DNA of 64,000 nucleotides from Macrostomum lignano (Eukaryota): assembly GCA_002269645.1 (NCBI GenBank), contig NIVC01002827.1, positions 62,001 to 126,000 on the forward strand, read 5' to 3'. Position numbers and translations under genes: made by a program. Positions 58,143 through 64,000 of this stretch are shown here, one piece after another. How positions within the stretch are numbered: position 1 is the first letter of the stretch; each line of letters begins with the position of its first letter. The notes beneath the pieces are model-generated. The model saw nothing but the letters and a program-made list of their open reading frames with translations. It made no database searches and was not told where the DNA came from.

Positions 58143-59944
58143 ATGATGATGTCGTCATGGACCCACCGCACGCCCCTCAAACCGCTCAGGATGGAAGTCA
58201 TGACGCGCTGTAGGATTTTTGATGCTGAAGTAAATCCCATGCAAAGACGCTTGAGGCGAAGCAGGCCCAGAGGTGTTGAGAAGGTGAGGAGGTGACGTGA
58301 CTTCTCGCTGACCTCGATCTGGTGGAAGGCCTTGGCAACGTCCTGTTCGGAAAAGTAGGTGGAGCCGGCCATCTCATCTGTGACTTCCTCAAATGTCGGT
58401 ATTGGCTGCTTTTCTGGAACGACGTACTTATTGACGTCCCTCAGGTCCTGTGTGATGCGGATCTCACCTGGCGAGGCCTTCGGGCAGATCAACATACGTG
58501 AACTCCAGGCACTGGGCCCCGTCACTCGCTCCAGGATGCTGGCTGCTAGCTGGTCTTTCAGCTTTTTTCCACTGCGGTTCGAAGATGCACCTTGACTAGG
58601 GACGGAGGGTGGCAGACTGGCACCGCTTCTTCTTTCAGCTGGATGCTGACTGAGACGCCCTTGATGCAGCCAATTCCTTGAAACCTGTCGCTGAACTCCT
58701 TCATGATTTATGAATCTTGCGGAAGGTGCAGGTCGTTGACTGTTGGTGTCAGTCCGGCGGTGAGAGCTGTCTCAGCCTGCGGTCCGACCCTCAGCATCCC
58801 CATCTGCGTGCTTGTCCCGCGGCATAGATGGTGATGCAGTCCTCTCTGATGACGATGAAGCGCACTCACTCCGAGTTCCCGTTGATCTTCGTGTGCAGAG
58901 TGATCTGGCCAGCGGGTGTCAGGGGTCTCGCTGCTCCAAGAGGATAGACCCTTGTGTGTATGGGCTGCAGCGCCAGCTCGGGTGCTCCCGTTAGACGAAG
59001 TGTCCGCTGGCTGAGCACGTTGCAGCTCGCGCCGCTGTCGATCAGGACGGGTCGTTCGAGCCGTTGATGACCGCTTTGAAGGTGGCGCTTCTGCGGCTGG
59101 GGTTCGAGGCTGGAGAATGCGCCACTGCCGGTTCCTCTGGTTTAGGCTCTGTCATGTTGATGCGTGCGCGGCCGCTTAGGCAGGCCTTCGCCAGGTGGTG
59201 CAGCTTGCCGCAGTTGCTGCCGCGCTTGCCTTGGGCCCGGTTGCAAGTGCGGTGGCCGGGCTCTCCGCACCTCAGGCATTTGTCGGCCGGGCTTGCTGGC
59301 GGGCGCCTTGCGGGGCGCTTGTCGCGAGCCGCATGCACTTCTTCACCTGGTCCGGCTGCTGGGCGCTCCATGGCCGCCTGCTGGCTGGCTGCTTCGTTTG
59401 TTCTCGCCAGCTGGGGGCCTCTGGGAGGCTGATGTTGGGCACGTTCCTGAGCAGCCGCTTTCGGAGGGAGTCGCTACGGCAGCAGGCGACGATCTGGTCG
59501 CGGATGAGAAACAGCTGGCGCAGCTCTCCGAACTAGCAGGCCCCAGCCGCGTTGCACAGTCGGATGTACCACCTGTTGATGGCTTCCCCGTCCACTGAGC
59601 TGCGTGCACTGGCGGAATTGGTACCGGGTGAACACGACGTTGTCGCGTCCTTGAAAGTGCTGAGTTAGCGCCGCTATGAGTGAGTCGAGCGTTTGCTGCT
59701 CCGGCCTGTCAGTTGCTGGCCGTGTCGCTGAGATCTCTTTAAAATGTCCGAGACCTCTTTTCCCGCAGTGTACAGGAGAATTTCCTGCTTCTGGGCGTCG
59801 TCAGACACTCCTGATGCTGCAGGAATCGCTTTAGTGTGGTCGCCCACTCTTTCCAGCGCTTGCTGACGGTGTGAGAGTCCGCGCTGACGCTGAATGCGGA
59901 TTGCGGCTGTAGCTGTAGTAGCGCCATTTGGTTCTGGTTTGCGA

Positions 59945-61632
59945 TGCCAACGGACATAAATATCCACGACGGTTGCCAGTTGCCGAATTTCTTTTGTCAG
60001 TTCCTTGGCTGCTTTTCTTGCCGGAATTTCCAGCAGCGCATCAATTGAGGCAGCTGCGATGCAAGTATTCAAGCTCTAACCACGTATCACCGTCAAAATT
60101 CTCAAGAAGCGTGTGTTGAACCTGGATGTTTTGGATATAGCTTTCAGACTGCTGTACATGAAATGGTCCCACACTTACTTCCTGAAGGTTGTCTATCTCA
60201 ATTCGAGGAAAGCCTGTGGACTCTGGATCTAGCACATCGACTGGTGACCAGCGCCTCGACCCTTCGATAGGAGTTCGGGTCACGTCACACAGGTAGTTCA
60301 CACCTTCAATCGGATCGAATTCGTTGCTGAGAAACATACGCCTGGTAAAATTCTGACCAAACTCAAAAAGTGAGCTGTCATTCCATGACTTTGGCAGCGT
60401 TTTATTCAGTGGGAATCCAATGTGCGAGCGGTTGTATTTGGCAATACAGTTGTCGATAATGACATCTAGCCGACTAGATGTACTGAATTCAGCTGGCTGC
60501 TGCCACTGGTATGGCTCATGCCGCTCATTACGAGCGTATTACACCTGTTCTGCTTGATTGCAGCGAACGCGCACTCAACAAAAAAGCGGAAAAGCGTAGC
60601 CAGCCTACTGGTATTTGACTCAATAGAAGTCAGTTTTCCGTGAACGGGACGATCCTCAGCCGATACTAGATTCTTTACGTAGCAAAATCGATCATTAAGT
60701 ATTGGATCGCCGGGTCCGAGAGGAAACGATAGGAGCGTGTTTCCTCGACTATTTGATTCAATCAGATCGTGGAAACTCTTGCCCGATGAATCAGTGCAGC
60801 GTGGTGAACTGTAACCGCGGTCAAATATCGCCACGACTCGATACCCTGGCACATTGGCACAGAGTAGTTTTGTTAGTGCAGCTGGATTGAGATTCTCTCG
60901 TTCCATCTCTATCTGGTAGGCCGTCAGATTTCCATCACTGAGGACAGGAGATGTGGATCCGCAGAGCGGTGCTGCGTAAACTACCTTGCCAGTCGCATTC
61001 ACTACGACCAGTTTCTTTAAAACGTTGCTACTCTTCGGAGCATAGTATGTGCGTTTCTGCAGATGGTGCTGGCCGCCTTTACCGATGAAAAAGTACGTAT
61101 GGTCACCGATAAACAAAACAAGCTGCTTATTCCGAACGTATCGTTCAAAAACACCTGCAAAAAATTCGTCCCTAACAACGTTCGTCTCCAGGATCGTCTC
61201 AATCGGAGCACATGACAGTAGCCTTGGTTGAAAAGGGTCGTTGATGTAGTGATCCTTGGCCACCTCCCAAAAGACTTCACAAGCGCGGCGCGCAGAAATG
61301 TTGAAATCGTTTCCTATGGCTTCAAAGCTGACGCCATGGCGGAGTTTTTTCAGGTAAAGAAATACTCTGTTCTCTTGACTTAGAAATCTAGTGCGTACTG
61401 AGCCAGAGATGAGGCTTTTGAAGCTGTCAAAGTTCTCTCGAGACATTCCGACGACTTTCTCAAAGCGCTTGTCAGCCAAAAGTTCCAGCGCATCTCTCGC
61501 ATCTGCGAATGACTTGCAGGAGCCAAAGGAAGTCGCTTTCTTTAAAACCGAACACCTGGTTGTCTGCTGATGTTTCTTGAGGCTGAATTCAGTGCTGAAC
61601 TGTTTACCACATCGATGGCATGCCCAGTCCAT
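59945..61632 (-). pseudogene. PIF/Harbinger/ISL2EU-like DDE_Tnp_4 transposase with an N-terminal C2H2 finger, frameshifted
   Basis: CHRCGKQFSTEFSLKKH finger; HTH_Tnp_4-like RVFLYLKKLRHGVSFEAIGNDFNIS; IGDHTY, SDG, IFDRGY, RFFVECAFAAIKQ. A frameshift near 60543 continues YARNERH...RLDVIIDNCIAKYNR into ORF 60337-60041. Confidence 0.72.
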
Positions 61633-64000
61633 GACAAAGCTAAGTTACATAGATTGAAAAGTAAAGGAAACAATGAGCCGCAAGAGTCGATCAGAAAATG
61701 TGCATCACCAAATTATTGCGCGCATAGATTTCGAAATATAAATGGCTAATGGTCACGCACTTTAGAGTCCAGCATGCTGTCTTGAAGGCTACTGACAAGC
61801 GTTTTTGACATATAAAATACCTTTCTGCCCAAATACTTTAACACTTTTATAGATAATATAGCAGTATTATGAACACACTCAGCGTCGGCCATACAAATGT
61901 ACATGGAGTGCACATATGGGTTGCGGGATTCAGATTGCGTAATCGATACTTAAATGCTCGTTGCCCAGCAAAAAGAAAGTTCAAGGTGTCAGGGCAATAA
62001 AAAGTGAAGAACACTCATTATAAAATGATATTGGCTAGCCAAAGAATTACGTCGGCCCTCGATATAATGAGGATTTCAACATTAGGTCCATAAGATTTAG
62101 GCATATTATTACAAAGGCACAGCACCCTCTCGGCATCTCTGTTAGCCTATCTTGCCTACTAATGTATAATCCCATCAGTACTCGAAATATGGCCCATAAA
62201 AAATCATCAACGCAAGAGGGATGCGGTTTTCGACGATTCTTTTCTCATTGTCGGTCCAGTAGAGAGATCCGATAGAGAAACCGGCTCAATCGGTCACCGC
62301 TTCCATTTCAGAGCCTTAAGTTCACATGAAATCCCCATTTTCCCCATTTTACATGTATCCCATGCGGAAGCGGCCGGGGTGGAAGAAAATCAATTTACGC
62401 TTTTCTTGTCTATTTTGGGTTTGAATAGTGAGAATTTCGCAGCGGTTTGGTTGCTTGACTCACGGCTTCCAAATCGCGTTTAAGTTTACATCCTCTTTCC
62501 GGCAGCATAAATGTATATAAAAATCAGTTCAAGTTTTACACTGCCTTCCAGATGTGGGAACACAATCGACACACGTCGATCATCAACGATAATTCTATTC
62601 CTGTTATGTACATGTAGGAGTGCAAATCAAGGACCACTGTATATAGCTATAGCTAAATTTGTAAATTTGTTGGGGCGTTACTGTCTAAGGGAAGCTTAGC
62701 TCTTCAGGAAAAAACGATTTGTTGAACGGAAAACTCGCTGCAGGAATATTATGTAGGCCGCGCTAGCTTAACAATGCTATTTACTCGTAGCGGTGTACGG
62801 TTATTAGTTTTTATTTAAACTTTCTTTGCCCTTTTCTCCACTGAATAGCACTGAAAAAACAGCTGGTCCTTTAATTGTTGATCCTACCATCCGGGTTAAA
62901 GTTCTATTAAGTACTAAAACAATGTAACACCTAAAGCTATTTAAATGGTGTATTTCTGTGTATTATTAGTGGTGTATATTATAGAAAAAGCAGTTGCTAA
63001 ATTAAATATTCAATATTTTAGTCTAAAATATTATAAAAAGTTTGAACGCGTACATCTTTACGACGTGTTTTAATTCCAGTTTAATTTACTGTGCTATAAA
63101 ATAATCATGGACTAGCACATGGACTTGTTGCACATGGATCGTTGATGTGTTGATCAACGATCTTCAACCAAGATAAACCAAAACTTTGATTTATCGCTGC
63201 GTCTCAATGCTTCAATCATTTGCTCTGAAACTTTTATCACTTCTTGACGCATGTCTCAGCTTTGCAATGACATCTTAGACACATGATTCCCTTTTGTATT
63301 TCCCGAGATATTTGCTTCCAAAATGTGTTTGTTAGGGGTGCCAATGAATTCGTCTTTTGACACACTTTGCATTCATGCCAATTTTTTATTCTTTGGGTCA
63401 GAAAAATTCTGCTTACAAATTTTTAAAGCTGAATATGGCGTCAGAGTAAGAAATGTATCCCGAAACATAAATTCATTTTTTGTTTGAATTATCTGCCCGA
63501 AGAAAAAATATCTGTCGGGTGAATATCTGTCGGGGAACCCACACATTCAACATAAGCCAGCGTGGACGTGGACCTGCTGGTAATCACAAACCTTCGTGAT
63601 AGTCATTTTAACTTTTCACAGAGCTAATTTCTTTTCAAAGTAGCGTCATCGCATTGTCTCAAAAGTTTTAGATAGCTATATATAGCTATGCAAGCATTCA
63701 GCCAGTTAGGCTTTGTGATTGCAATTGGCAGTAGGTCTCCAGTATTCCAGTAAGTAAAGGGCGCACCAAGTAAAGTAGCCTAGCCAATATCAAAAGATTG
63801 CGTGACTAAGCCTACATCGATACATTTGTGTTCGAAAATTTGTTCCAATAAGGAAGTCAAGCCTAAATAAATGCATGTGATATAAGAGGATTGCAATCAA
63901 TAATTTTTCACTATATTTGCAATTTTGCTATTGTGGGGCCTAATACTATAGAGTGTAGGACCAAGACTGCCGCACTTGATCAGCTGGGGAGGAATTTGGC

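Larger units (their letters stand above)
55351..59927 (-). mobile_element. Decayed Ty3/Gypsy LTR retrotransposon (gag-PR-RT-RH-IN), multiply frameshifted, 5' LTR not visible
   Basis: gag MALLQLQPQ...WKEW...QKQEILLYTAGKEV (ATG 59927); CCHC knuckles CLRCGEPGH; protease LIDSGASCNV (~59020-59045); RT DLRDVNK, DVAKAFHQI, VHDDIIIF; RNase H YSQTEREALAI, FTDHKPL; integrase GPWRELGL, NGLVERCNR, YRRTPHATTG. The domain order is Gypsy-type. Confidence 0.92.

Noticed and set aside
61700-64000. Second ORF or terminal inverted repeat of the DDE element
   Set aside because: No recognisable Myb/SANT or YqaJ motif, and no TIR pair could be matched by eye.

Overview
Eukaryotic, intron-containing invertebrate DNA, not prokaryotic. 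The minisatellite-filled introns and gene content suggest a free-living flatworm such as Macrostomum, but that is inference. The window holds four genes reconstructed by hand with frame-consistent splice junctions. (1) An NR4A/HR38 nuclear receptor on the minus strand, with three candidate in-frame alternative upstream starts. (2) A 10-exon histidine decarboxylase on the plus strand, with a probable GC-AG intron and a ~13.4 kb intron made almost entirely of a 20-bp satellite whose every unit carries a CTAAC-AG|GTGAC splice-like junction. (3, 4) A head-to-head pair of uncharacterised type I membrane proteins with two Ig-like domains. The pair shares a 1917-bp, ~98% identical inverted-repeat core, while the N-terminal head domains are only ~30-35% identical and the cytoplasmic tails differ. 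This variable-head/constant-body pair, whose 3.6-kb spacer could invert and swap heads between tails, is the strongest candidate for an undescribed system. The remainder is about 20 tandem-repeat arrays and transposon debris: a CORE-type SINE, two truncated LINEs with TSDs, MITEs, a decayed Gypsy element interrupted in its RT motif by a solo LTR, and a C2H2-finger DDE_Tnp_4-like transposase. All counts and identities were read by eye; no searches were run.
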